DNA of 51,930 bases from a virus. Taxonomy: Duplodnaviria; Caudoviricetes. The first letter of the stretch is position 1; the number at the start of each line of letters is the position of its first letter. Location: IMG/VR virus record IMGVR_UViG_3300002092_000005, positions 1 through 51,930 of that record; one strand, given 5' to 3'. Positions 9,828-18,407 of the stretch are shown here, piece after piece. Both the position numbers and the translations under genes were made by a program. The notes beneath the pieces were generated by a model. It saw nothing but the letters and a program-made list of their open reading frames with translations. It was not told the DNA's origin and made no database searches.

Positions 9828-10961
9828 CTAAGCACCTACCATAACTTTAAGATTACTAAGAGGAATAAAAGACTGTTGTACTGAATTGTCTTCAGATCCA
9901 AGCTGAGATGGTCTTATTTTAAAATTTATAGGCATAGTTATACTTTTACCAAGGTTCTGCTTAAAATATGTTGTAAAATAATTTTTTGAAGGGTCGTTAT
10001 CTAAAATATATCTATTAACACGATTTTGAAGATACCATCTAACCCTTCCTATTCTTGGACTAGGTATATTTTTTCCAGTAAGAAAAATATTGACTTCTAA
10101 GCCTATGATTTGCCAAGAAGGATTAGTGTATCCAGAATTAGCTTGGGTAAGCTCTGGTATTATTCCTTCATATTCTGGAAGATCAACTACTGGAAGTTTA
10201 AAAGCCATTTCTCCATAAAACAAAACAAAAGCCAATCCGTCAAATTGACCAAGAAATTTCTCACTAATATCGTAAACATTTAGTGGCTCAAGAAACGGAA
10301 GAAAATCCATTTGAGTGGTATCAGCAGTAGACCTATTTATCTTGCTCCCGCTTCCCTCGTAATTTATTTCCGTGTAATAAGGTTCAAGTACATTTCTGTT
10401 TGAATACATCCATCCAGCGGGTTTTCTTATTGTCTCAGAATCGTCAGGGCTATATGGGTAAACACCAGCGTATTCCATTGGGTCAACCAATGGAGAAAGA
10501 ATGTCGGCAGAATTTGCATCTAGAAAATCATAAGCCAATCTGCCTTTTTTTAATTTTGATATGGGATTTATTTTGTGCTGCGTTAAAGGTATAGCAGCAA
10601 AATTATTTTTAAATTTTGGGCCAGAAAAAACAAGACCGCAAACTGTACCAGACCCTTCATTTGTAACGCATTCATACCCACGATTTGACCAAGAGTCAAT
10701 TTCAGATTTATTAAAATAATAATTGTTGAAATCTATAATTGGTTGAGATGAATTACAATTATAAGGAAAACCAGACACAGTTTGATCATATTGAACTTCT
10801 TGAATCCTTTCTGGAGTTCTCCATTGAGTATATCCTTCTTGAAGTTGATTTATGGTTGCATGATCAAATGTTACATAAGCTGTGCAAACATTCATTGGCA
10901 AAAATCTTCTTTGCACTTGCGAACAAGATCCGTTTAATTTTAAACCATATCCATGTTTCAA
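9828..10961 (-). CDS. Hypothetical tail-region protein
   Basis: Long ORF in the late operon. Likely TTG start at 10961, 7 nt after AGGAG and overlapping the upstream TGA. Confidence 0.6.
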   Translation of the reverse strand: MKHGYGLKLNGSCSQVQRRFLPMNVCTAYVTFDHATINQLQEGYTQWRTPERIQEVQYDQTVSGFPYNCNSSQPIIDFNNYYFNKSEIDSWSNRGYECVTNEGSGTVCGLVFSGPKFKNNFAAIPLTQHKINPISKLKKGRLAYDFLDANSADILSPLVDPMEYAGVYPYSPDDSETIRKPAGWMYSNRNVLEPYYTEINYEGSGSKINRSTADTTQMDFLPFLEPLNVYDISEKFLGQFDGLAFVLFYGEMAFKLPVVDLPEYEGIIPELTQANSGYTNPSWQIIGLEVNIFLTGKNIPSPRIGRVRWYLQNRVNRYILDNDPSKNYFTTYFKQNLGKSITMPINFKIRPSQLGSEDNSVQQSFIPLSNLKVMVGA

Positions 10962-11437
10962 AACGATACTCCTGTTATAGCCATTGAAAAAGTGCAAGGC
11001 CCATTGTTCCAATCCATTGACATAGAAAAACTTTCTGAAGAACAATTAGATGAAGTTATAACTCCACCTAAAGCGTAAGCACTTCCTTGAACAACCAATT
11101 GTCTTGCTTGATCTGTTAATGGCATATATTCTGGAACCAATGGGTCAAAAATCGTCAATGTAAACGGAATAGTGTAATTAGGAGTATCCATAGGTGGATT
11201 ATAAATTGCTAAGTCTTCGCAATCTTTTGTTATCCTATTCCAAGTAACTTGCTGTTCTCCACTAGGGAATTGATCGCACAATCCACTTTCAGCAAAATGT
11301 GTTACTCTCCATGTTCCTGTGAAACTTTTTGGTAGTTTACCTTTCCATTCACACATATACATTAACCAATGTGGTGGTGGAGTTTGACCACCTGGATTCG
11401 CATGAGGATCATAACAATTAAAATCTTGATCTGGCAT
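10958..11437 (-). CDS. Hypothetical Cys-containing tail-region protein
   Basis: ORF tightly packed in the operon, with GGAG upstream of the start. Confidence 0.6.
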   Translation of the reverse strand: MPDQDFNCYDPHANPGGQTPPPHWLMYMCEWKGKLPKSFTGTWRVTHFAESGLCDQFPSGEQQVTWNRITKDCEDLAIYNPPMDTPNYTIPFTLTIFDPLVPEYMPLTDQARQLVVQGSAYALGGVITSSNCSSESFSMSMDWNNGPCTFSMAITGVSF

Positions 11438-11442
11438 TTTTG

Positions 11443-11913
11443 TTACTCCGCTGCGTAAGTTACTCTAAGAACATTTCCAACGCATTGAACATTAGTTACT
11501 GCACCAACAGGAGAAGTAGAACCAACAAATTCAAAAATCTCTCTTCCATCAGATTTATCAATACCTCTTGATCTAGTAAGATAAACTAAACCATTCCCTG
11601 TGTAATTACTTCTACTAAAAGAAGCATCTATATTATAAGGTATAGTAACCATTTTTACACAGGTGTGCCTTGTGTTGTAATCAGCAAATAAACCACCAAC
11701 TGATTTTACAAAAGTCGATCCATTCCAATTAACTTCATAAAATTCGTGATATCTGTGATAACCAGCAGAAGCATCATTGATATCTATAGCAATCCTACCT
11801 TTTACAACTGCATATAAAAAAGGGGTATTGCCTTCGTTGCTTATGGTAATGCTACCAGATGCAGCATCAAAGCCAACATTCATCCCAGAACCTTGTACTG
11901 GTTGTATACGCAT
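11443..11913 (-). CDS. Hypothetical tail-tip protein
   Basis: SD GAGGT; C-terminal VTNVQCVGNVLRVTY. Confidence 0.6.
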   Translation of the reverse strand: MRIQPVQGSGMNVGFDAASGSITISNEGNTPFLYAVVKGRIAIDINDASAGYHRYHEFYEVNWNGSTFVKSVGGLFADYNTRHTCVKMVTIPYNIDASFSRSNYTGNGLVYLTRSRGIDKSDGREIFEFVGSTSPVGAVTNVQCVGNVLRVTYAAE

Positions 11914-11924
11914 TAGCTACCTCT

Positions 11925-11958
11925 AAAAAAACAGGACACATTTTTAGGTGTGTCCTGT
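11925..11958 (-). terminator. Rho-independent terminator closing the lysis-position cassette
   Basis: Minus strand reads ACAGGACACA-cctaaaaa-TGTGTCCTGT followed by a T run. Confidence 0.75.
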
Positions 11959-11983
11959 GGTTATCTATATATCTTAGCGAAGA

Positions 11984-12196
11984 CTATCGACCACAGCAAC
12001 TTGATCCACGAAGGCTAAAGCGAAGTTTGCCTCCACGGAAGACCTTTGTATCGGTCTTTACTGTTTCGATCTTAATAGTTTTTTCAACCTTTTTTTCGAT
12101 CTGTACTGCGGGTGCAGAACATTGACCATTCGCACATGAACTCTTGCGAATAGGCAGATCAATTACCATTCCAACCGCCAACACTAAACTAAACAT
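11984..12196 (-). CDS. Small exported Cys-rich peptide (70 aa)
   Basis: ATG at 12196 with SD AGGAGG; hydrophobic N-terminus, CANGQC motif, basic tail ending SSCCGR. Confidence 0.65.
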   Translation of the reverse strand: MFSLVLAVGMVIDLPIRKSSCANGQCSAPAVQIEKKVEKTIKIETVKTDTKVFRGGKLRFSLRGSSCCGR

Positions 12197-12233
12197 AATG
12201 CTTCCTCCTAAAGAAAAAAAGTAACCAAGCACA

Positions 12234-13247
12234 TTATATCGACCAGTCGATAGTTCGTGCAGGGTATCCATCAAAATTCGAGAAAGAAAAAACTTCCTCT
12301 AGACAGATTCTATCCATATCCTTGGCTTTAATCCAGTACGAACCTTTAGGCTCGCCAAAATTTCCTGGTGGTGTTCCGTGAGCGTTACCCCAAGAATTTT
12401 GAATCAAAAATATTAATCCAAAATCTGGATGAGTAGTAAAGCCTAAACACGATTGCTGATGCCCCCATGTTTGATTTCTTGATGCTAATTGAATAGCAGG
12501 GTTTCCAGATGGTTTAATTTTAATGTCGCTAAATCCCCACCAAGATGAAGCGATGGTTACAGGGTATCCATGCGATAAAGCCTGTTTAACCTCGTCACTA
12601 TTTTTAAGCTTTGAGGTGCTTTGAACTTTGAACTTATTAGCAGAATTAGAAAGATCAACAGGTGGCTTGTCACCATTTGACCAAGCAGTTTCTGCTGATG
12701 CCCCAAAAGTCCAAGATCCATCTTGTTCTTTAATGGGTTGTGGGCATCTTTCATCTAATGGTGGGCATCCATCTTCATTCAAAGATTCAGCCATAGAACT
12801 GCCAAAAGAACCTTCTCCAGTACCATGCATCCCGCCCCTAACTCTAGACTGTCCATAATTGTAAAGAATGAACGGAACTCGCCATTCCTCAAATGTCTGT
12901 CTCTGAGTAACGATTTCAACTGCTTGAAGCGTTGCCATGACCGCCAATGCACCATGACCTACACATGAGCCTGTCTTTTGATCCCAAGGAAAAAACTCGT
13001 ATCCAGCAGCTTGATTAACCACCTTGTAAAGAAGCGATTCTTTTAAATCTAATGGAGGGCCAGAGATTTGAAAAGGAACAAGCTTCGCATTGAACTTATC
13101 TTGAAGTTCTTTAGGTTGCGTATCAATTGGCAACCATCCGAATTTCTCTGGTAGCATGGTTGATACCGGAGGAATTACTGGTGGAATTACTAGAGATACT
13201 GGTTTCTTTTTTCTATTGCCAAACCTTGGTTGGTTTTCCATAGCCAT
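12234..13247 (-). CDS. Papain-like (C1 family) cysteine protease
   Basis: Catalytic motifs DQKTGSCVGH (Q,C), WGHQQSCLG (H) and IQNSWG (N); SD TAAGGAG. Confidence 0.85.
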   Translation of the reverse strand: MAMENQPRFGNRKKKPVSLVIPPVIPPVSTMLPEKFGWLPIDTQPKELQDKFNAKLVPFQISGPPLDLKESLLYKVVNQAAGYEFFPWDQKTGSCVGHGALAVMATLQAVEIVTQRQTFEEWRVPFILYNYGQSRVRGGMHGTGEGSFGSSMAESLNEDGCPPLDERCPQPIKEQDGSWTFGASAETAWSNGDKPPVDLSNSANKFKVQSTSKLKNSDEVKQALSHGYPVTIASSWWGFSDIKIKPSGNPAIQLASRNQTWGHQQSCLGFTTHPDFGLIFLIQNSWGNAHGTPPGNFGEPKGSYWIKAKDMDRICLEEVFSFSNFDGYPARTIDWSI

Positions 13248-13258
13248 TCTAAAACTCC

Positions 13259-13360
13259 TTATTGCTTGGGGGGAGCGGGTGGCACTACTGGTGCAACTGG
13301 TTTTGGTACTATTGGTTTCTTTTTTCTATCGCCAAATTGTGGTTGGTTTTCCATGCTCAT
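13259..13360 (-). CDS. Unannotated 33-aa peptide MSMENQPQFGDRKKKPIVPKPVAPVVPPAPPKQ, paralogous to the protease N-terminus
   Basis: Hand translation. The ATG overlaps the upstream TGA (ATGA) and the TAA runs into the protease SD (TAAGGAG). Confidence 0.7.
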   Translation of the reverse strand: MSMENQPQFGDRKKKPIVPKPVAPVVPPAPPKQ

Positions 13361-13995
13361 TGCTTTAACTCCTTAGATATTTGAATAAATTCACTTGTCA
13401 AAAGATCTCTAAGCTTTTGATCCAACTTTAACGCACCATCTTTGGGAAGTTTCTGGTTTAATTTTTTTCCAATTACATCCCTAAGATTTGCAAGTTCATT
13501 TTCCATGAACTGTTTATTGATTGTTGTCTTGGCAGCTTTAAAAATATCTGTAAGAAATTCGTAGTCGTTTTTCTGACATTCTTTCGCAAGCTCATCGTAG
13601 AACATAGACAACCATTTTACTTGGTCTTTGTCTTCTTTCGCTGCTGCTGCTTTGATATCTCCATCTGGATTTACTGGTGGAGCGGGTGGAGTTGGAGCGG
13701 GTTCGTCACCGATCACAACAGATGTAAACGCTGGATCAGATGGGCCAGACTCATTGCCAACATACGCAAATAATCTGTATACACCCTGAGTTTGCGAAGT
13801 TACCACCAAAGTCTTAGAATCTTTTAAAAGATCAACAGGGAAAATGTTCAATCCCTTGTCGATTGAAACCCATTTTACAAGTTTTGACTCAGTCTTTGCT
13901 GGAACGCTTATAAACGCTCCCGGTTGACCAGAAACCTTTAAAGGTAGTTCTATAGTTGGAACTTGAAGAAACACTAAAAATAGAAGGTTTATCAT
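13357..13995 (-). CDS. Exported protein: signal-like N-terminus, Ig-like domain, Pro linker, helical domain
   Basis: MINLLFLVFLQ N-terminus; GVYRLFAY beta motif; PAPTPPAPP linker. Confidence 0.65.
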   Translation of the reverse strand: MINLLFLVFLQVPTIELPLKVSGQPGAFISVPAKTESKLVKWVSIDKGLNIFPVDLLKDSKTLVVTSQTQGVYRLFAYVGNESGPSDPAFTSVVIGDEPAPTPPAPPVNPDGDIKAAAAKEDKDQVKWLSMFYDELAKECQKNDYEFLTDIFKAAKTTINKQFMENELANLRDVIGKKLNQKLPKDGALKLDQKLRDLLTSEFIQISKELKQ

Positions 13996-14282
13996 GGTCT
14001 ATTCCTTATTCTTTCTGCCATTATCCTAGAATCTGACAAACAATGTACATTAACCGAGGCCCATTTTTTTGCGTGACCAAAAAGAAAATGACAAGGTCGG
14101 CATAACGATAGTAAATTTTCTGATTCCATCTCTCTAGACGGATCTACCGAGTATGGTATCAGATGGTGGACTTGAAGCAATTCGGGATCATCTTCAAGGC
14201 AAGCAGAACAGTAAGGATTCTTTTCTAAATGTTCTGCTCTAACCTTGGCCCATTGTGATCCCCGATTATAAAAAAACGGAGA
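13992..14282 (-). CDS. HNH endonuclease; open frame extends to 14282 without a canonical start before the N-terminal motifs
   Basis: Frame reads SPFFYNRGSQWAKVRAEHLEKNPYCSAC...LQVHHLIP...NLLSLCRPCH; an in-frame TGA lies at 14283-14285. Confidence 0.75.
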   Translation of the reverse strand, partial: SPFFYNRGSQWAKVRAEHLEKNPYCSACLEDDPELLQVHHLIPYSVDPSREMESENLLSLCRPCHFLFGHAKKWASVNVHCLSDSRIMAERIRNRP

Positions 14283-14583
14283 TCAATAGCTTTAATGCGG
14301 TCTTCAAAACGATTGCCCAAGGCACAATCCCAATCGTAACTGGGTTGCCGTGAAAGTCACCTTGTGGAATTGCTTGTTCAAGAATTGCAGCAAAATCTTC
14401 AAGAGAAACTTCAGATTCTTGAAAGATTTGCTTATCGTCAGGAATAACTTGATCAGCAGCGTATCCAACGATGTTCCAAAGTGCATTACTAAATTCTTTA
14501 TTACCTACATCTTTTTTGCCACGCACTTTGTCAACAACTAGCATCATGGCATCTGTAGGCATAGCTTGCGGAAAATTAATCAT
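14266..14583 (-). CDS. Hypothetical protein with C-terminal amphipathic/hydrophobic helix
   Basis: ATGA-coupled to the holin-like gene; ends IGIVPWAIVLKTALKLLISVFL. Confidence 0.65.
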   Translation of the reverse strand: MINFPQAMPTDAMMLVVDKVRGKKDVGNKEFSNALWNIVGYAADQVIPDDKQIFQESEVSLEDFAAILEQAIPQGDFHGNPVTIGIVPWAIVLKTALKLLISVFL

Positions 14584-14858
14584 TGCTTCACTTCCTTTTT
14601 TAAAGTCCTAGTATAATTCAAAACTTCCGTCAAAATTCTCAAGCTTTCCGCTTGAGCCTTGGCTACCTCGCCAATCGAGTTTTCTAATCGATCTATGAAC
14701 AGCATATGTCTTTGGTGTAAGGGCAATAATATGTTGCTTCCTAGCCACCCAAAACCTTTATAAGTTGTCCATAGCATAAAAATCAAAAAACTTAAAGAAA
14801 CCCCGAAACGCTCAAAAATGTCGATGATATTGATTTCTGCGAACATCATTTTCATCAT
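14580..14858 (-). CDS. Holin-like membrane protein
   Basis: One N-terminal TM segment (FGVSLSFLIFMLW) plus a coiled, basic C-terminus; first gene of the cassette; clustered starts M-M-K-M-M. Confidence 0.5.
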   Translation of the reverse strand: MMKMMFAEINIIDIFERFGVSLSFLIFMLWTTYKGFGWLGSNILLPLHQRHMLFIDRLENSIGEVAKAQAESLRILTEVLNYTRTLKKEVKQ

Positions 14859-14873
14859 CTCCAATAAATAAGC

Positions 14874-14902
14874 ATTTTATCATTTAAGGCCCAAAATTGG
14901 AA
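14874..14902 (-). promoter_or_regulatory. Candidate sigma70-type promoter for the cassette
   Basis: TTCCAA-17 nt-TAAAAT with extended TGn on the minus strand. Confidence 0.4.
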
Positions 14903-14917
14903 CAGTTTTTTGACCTT

Positions 14918-15571
14918 TTAAACAGAAATATAAATTGATGTTACAGTTAAATAAGTCATCCCTGGATAACCGCCACCAATGCTGAAAAGTATAGCCAAAG
15001 AATCACCAGAAGAAATTCCTATTGTTCCAGTAAAACTCATGCCATTGGCATACAAAACACCTTCTATGTAAGTCCCATTGATCGTAACATAACCCATCGC
15101 ACCAGAACTCATCATGTCATAAAGACTAAAATTATAATAAAGAGTTCCGCTAACCGAAGCTTGGTAATTTATTGTCAGCGAGTCATTTACATAACCAGTT
15201 AATGGAGACATCATCGAACCATCACCAGCAACTGTATGACTACTGCCAGTCTCTGAAATCTTGACTAAATTTGGTGTAGGAGTAGGTGTAGGTGTAGGAG
15301 TAGGAGTAGGGCTAGGTGTTGGTGTTGGAGTCGGAGTAGGAGTAGGTGTAGGTGTAGGTGTAGGAGTAGGGCTAGGAGTAGGAGTAGGAGTTGGTGTAGG
15401 AGTCGGTGTGGGTGTGGGTGTCGGGCTAGGGGATGGAGTGGGTGTAGGAGTGGGGGTAGGAGTAGGAGTAGGACTAGGAGTTGGAGTAGGTGTAGGAGTA
15501 GGACTTGGGCTAGGGGTAGGTGCAACATTTTTGATATTTACCACTCTGTTTGTAAAATTAGTTACTGTCAT
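14918..15571 (-). CDS. Protein with long Pro-Thr/Ser stalk and C-terminal beta domain
   Basis: ATG at 15571 follows GGAG and the upstream stop; about 80 residues of (PT/PS)n. Confidence 0.7.
   Translation of the reverse strand: MTVTNFTNRVVNIKNVAPTPSPSPTPTPTPTPSPTPTPTPTPTPTPSPSPTPTPTPTPTPTPTPTPSPTPTPTPTPTPTPTPTPTPSPTPTPTPTPTPTPNLVKISETGSSHTVAGDGSMMSPLTGYVNDSLTINYQASVSGTLYYNFSLYDMMSSGAMGYVTINGTYIEGVLYANGMSFTGTIGISSGDSLAILFSIGGGYPGMTYLTVTSIYISV
15272..15520 (-). repeat. Degenerate hexamer tandem repeat encoding (Pro-Thr/Ser)n
   Basis: + strand is a run of ggtgta/ggagta/gggcta units. Confidence 0.9.
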
Positions 15572-15572
15572 G

Positions 15573-15902
15573 TTATGAAATCTCCGCACCGAATAAAGAA
15601 AATCCAACTGAACCAGCAGTAGATTGAACAGCAATAACATCTGTTGCAGAAAGAGTTATTCCTATCGTAAGAAAGATTGAATCAGATGCTGCAATCGGTG
15701 CATCATAAGCAATATACATTTCGTCTGAAATCGATACACCCAACTTTTTTACAGCTATACGAAAAGTTTTAGCAGATGCAGTTTGATTGCAAACAACTAA
15801 TGTTGAAACAATAGTGCTGGTTGCTGCTGGAACTGTATACAGATTAGTCAAGCTTGATGGTGAAGGTATAACCTGACCCAAAACTTTATGGACTTGTGGC
15901 AT
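15573..15902 (-). CDS. Small virion structural protein
   Basis: KVLGQ..P.....[19 protein letters not shown] motif seen in tail regions of aquatic phages; TAATG-coupled. Confidence 0.6.
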   Translation of the reverse strand: MPQVHKVLGQVIPSPSSLTNLYTVPAATSTIVSTLVVCNQTASAKTFRIAVKKLGVSISDEMYIAYDAPIAASDSIFLTIGITLSATDVIAVQSTAGSVGFSLFGAEIS

Positions 15903-16591
15903 TACATACCCCCGAATAAAAATGGATGAAATATGTCTTTTGCAAAATTTGGAATTGCAACAGTTGTTGCTTCAGTTATCTGTCCTTTGGAGCTTATTGT
16001 CAAAACAGGAATTGATGCTACTGAACCATATTTTCCAGAAGTAACACCAGTATTTGCAATAGCTAATGTAATTGTTCCAGAATCAGTAATAGGTGAATCG
16101 TAAACCATAAGGTCAGTAGAATCTATTGCTACTGAACTTACGCTTCCAATAATTCCACCAGTAAGAATTTGTAAAGGTGAAGATGGTGTTCCATCTCCAG
16201 TAAGACTCGCATCGTGACTAACTGCTGTAAGATATATGTCAGATAAATCTGGAATGTCATTAGACACTAAATTTCTAAATGAAGGTTCACCAGTAGTGCT
16301 TACTTTACCGCACAAAACTGTATTTTTTGCAACAGTTTCAAAAGCTATGTCTATAACACCGCTGGAAACAATCGGGCTACCAGAAACAGAGAAAATAGAA
16401 GGTGCTGTGATTCCAAACGAACTGGTTGAAGGTGTTGTGCTTTCGTATCTGAAAACAGTCACATAAGTATCGTCAACAGTTATAACTTTTGAAACAGGAT
16501 CAGAAGCCGTTACAACAACCTTTTGATTGTTTACGGAAACCATAAATGGTTCTTCTTGAACAGTCACTTTTGCAAAAATATCTGTTGGCAT
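15902..16591 (-). CDS. Tail fibre-like protein, paralogue of 19441-19926
   Basis: Ser/Thr/Gly-rich fibre motifs SPITDSGTI, TGVTSGKY and KGQITEA. Confidence 0.65.
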   Translation of the reverse strand: MPTDIFAKVTVQEEPFMVSVNNQKVVVTASDPVSKVITVDDTYVTVFRYESTTPSTSSFGITAPSIFSVSGSPIVSSGVIDIAFETVAKNTVLCGKVSTTGEPSFRNLVSNDIPDLSDIYLTAVSHDASLTGDGTPSSPLQILTGGIIGSVSSVAIDSTDLMVYDSPITDSGTITLAIANTGVTSGKYGSVASIPVLTISSKGQITEATTVAIPNFAKDIFHPFLFGGM

Positions 16592-16601
16592 TTTTTTCTC
16601 G

Positions 16602-17165
16602 TTATTGAATTAATTCTAATTCTTCAACAGTTGTTGCCGATTCAACCGCTCTTCGTTTTGCTGCAAAATCTTCTGACATCTGTGATCTTGCTGCACCATA
16701 TCTAAGAAGTAAAATAGTCATTTCAGATATGGTTTCAAAATTAACAACCGAATTATTCATGGCTATGATTGATGGTACAGCAAGGCCCATTGCTGCTGCT
16801 TCTTTAGCCAAAGAAAAAACACCCACTAAAAGAGCAACATCAGAAGAAGTAATACCCAAATTAAAGCCTTGGCCAGAGTTCCAGCCTGTTTGTTCTAAAA
16901 TAAACCATTGGTTATTAATCTGACCTAACTTTTTAGATTTTGCTGCACTTAAAGTATCTAATACAACAGGAGTATAATTCAAAAGAAGATTTTTTAATTC
17001 GTCAAGTTTAATAGATATCTCTTCTGTTGATTTAATTCTGTAAGTATTATTTTTAACTGTTTGATCATCATTTGTTTCAATTACATTTACTTGATACAAA
17101 TATCCAGAATCGCTTAGTTCTGGTGAAATTTTACACAAATTAGAAACTGTAAAATGATCTAACAT
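16602..17165 (-). CDS. Tail fibre assembly/chaperone-like protein (DUF4376-like)
   Basis: Follows the fibre gene; AKSKKLGQIN and C-terminal KRRAVESATTVEELELI pattern. Confidence 0.55.
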   Translation of the reverse strand: MLDHFTVSNLCKISPELSDSGYLYQVNVIETNDDQTVKNNTYRIKSTEEISIKLDELKNLLLNYTPVVLDTLSAAKSKKLGQINNQWFILEQTGWNSGQGFNLGITSSDVALLVGVFSLAKEAAAMGLAVPSIIAMNNSVVNFETISEMTILLLRYGAARSQMSEDFAAKRRAVESATTVEELELIQ

Positions 17166-17174
17166 AAAAAATCC

Positions 17175-18407
17175 TTATGTTTTAATGATGTAATTAATAA
17201 CTATTACTGGTGGCATATTTGTAAAACTTGTAGATGCACCATTGCCATTTCCAGTATTTCCAGCAGTTCCAGTAAACGCATGATTATGTGATGAACCAGC
17301 ACTAGTAGTTCCGTGATTGTGATCTCCAGCAGCGTTCATTACGCTTTCCATGTTGTACCTTTGGAAAGATGAACCCGAAGAAAGCCCCGCACCGCCCCCA
17401 GTTGAAACAAATACCAATGGTTGCCAACCGTTTGTTCCCGTGTGTTGATGACTTCCAGCATTACTCATTGTATGCGTATGTGAAGCATCAGCGGTATTTG
17501 TTCCAGAAGGAGTAAAAGAATGGCTATGTGCTGGCAAATTTGTTTCAGCAAGTGTTGTATTTTCAGAACCTAAAGTATTACCTAAAGTTCTTGCAGTCAA
17601 TCCAGCACCAGTAGAACCCGCCATGATAGGGATTCTTTGAAGCATATTAGGAACATTGAATGTTGTGCTTCCATCACCTAAACCATAAGGGCAATGAAAT
17701 AGTGTGTGTGTTCCAGATTGAGTTCCAGATGTATTAATAGGTGTTGGAACTGCTGCATTTGCTGCTGATGTTGCAAGTCTAAATGTAGTAGTATTTACAT
17801 AGATAACATAATAAAGAGTATTTATTGTCAAGCCAGTTGGCAAAGCACCTGTGGTAGTAAAATATACAATATCTCCTGTTTGAAATCCGTGTGCTGACAA
17901 AGTAACTACTGCTGGAGATGCGATTGTTACTGTAATTGTTCCTCTGCTTGGTGTTATCGTAGAAAACAATGTTGAATATGTAGTTCTAGATACAGCAGAT
18001 CCGTCACATAGTAAATAACCTGTTGGCGGGGAAATTGCTGCAAAAGGCATGATTGCCCCAGTAGGCATTCCAGATGCTGCTGCTGGTGCTGTGCTTTGCC
18101 AAGTTGTACCATTACTGGTAAGAACATTTCCACTTGTACTAGGAGCAACAAAACTTGGGGTACTAGTTCCATTACCAAGAATTACATTGTTCGCTGTTAA
18201 TGTTCCTAATCCTGTTCCACCATTGGCAACAGTTAAAGTTCCAGTATGGTCTGAACGAGCTAAAGACGAAACTAATACATTCGCACTACCAGCAGCATTT
18301 CCAATCCATATCTTACCATCTGCTGCATTAACTCCTACTTCTCCACTCGCTAATGTAGGAGTATTAGAAGCCGTGTAAGATCGTTTTGGTTTAATGGTAT
18401 TAGCCAC
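17175..18407 (-). CDS. Tail fibre with tail-collar domain and HxH metal-binding needle
   Basis: PTGAIMPFA..PPTGYLLCDGSAVSRTTYSTLF and GDGSTTFNVP; five HxH motifs; ends NMPPVIVINYIIKT; GTG start. Confidence 0.85.
   Translation of the reverse strand: MANTIKPKRSYTASNTPTLASGEVGVNAADGKIWIGNAAGSANVLVSSLARSDHTGTLTVANGGTGLGTLTANNVILGNGTSTPSFVAPSTSGNVLTSNGTTWQSTAPAAASGMPTGAIMPFAAISPPTGYLLCDGSAVSRTTYSTLFSTITPSRGTITVTIASPAVVTLSAHGFQTGDIVYFTTTGALPTGLTINTLYYVIYVNTTTFRLATSAANAAVPTPINTSGTQSGTHTLFHCPYGLGDGSTTFNVPNMLQRIPIMAGSTGAGLTARTLGNTLGSENTTLAETNLPAHSHSFTPSGTNTADASHTHTMSNAGSHQHTGTNGWQPLVFVSTGGGAGLSSGSSFQRYNMESVMNAAGDHNHGTTSAGSSHNHAFTGTAGNTGNGNGASTSFTNMPPVIVINYIIKT

Noticed and set aside
10955-10975. prfB-like +1 shifty stop (AGGAG...TTT TGA) fusing 11437-10958 to the next ORF
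   Set aside because: The same bases give an SD with 7-nt spacing to a TTG start overlapping the stop, which is the simpler explanation.
15261-15578. (GV)n and Leu/His-rich ORFs over the hexamer repeat; also considered as a CRISPR array
   Set aside because: They are shadow frames of the Pro-Thr coding repeat, and there is no repeat-spacer structure.
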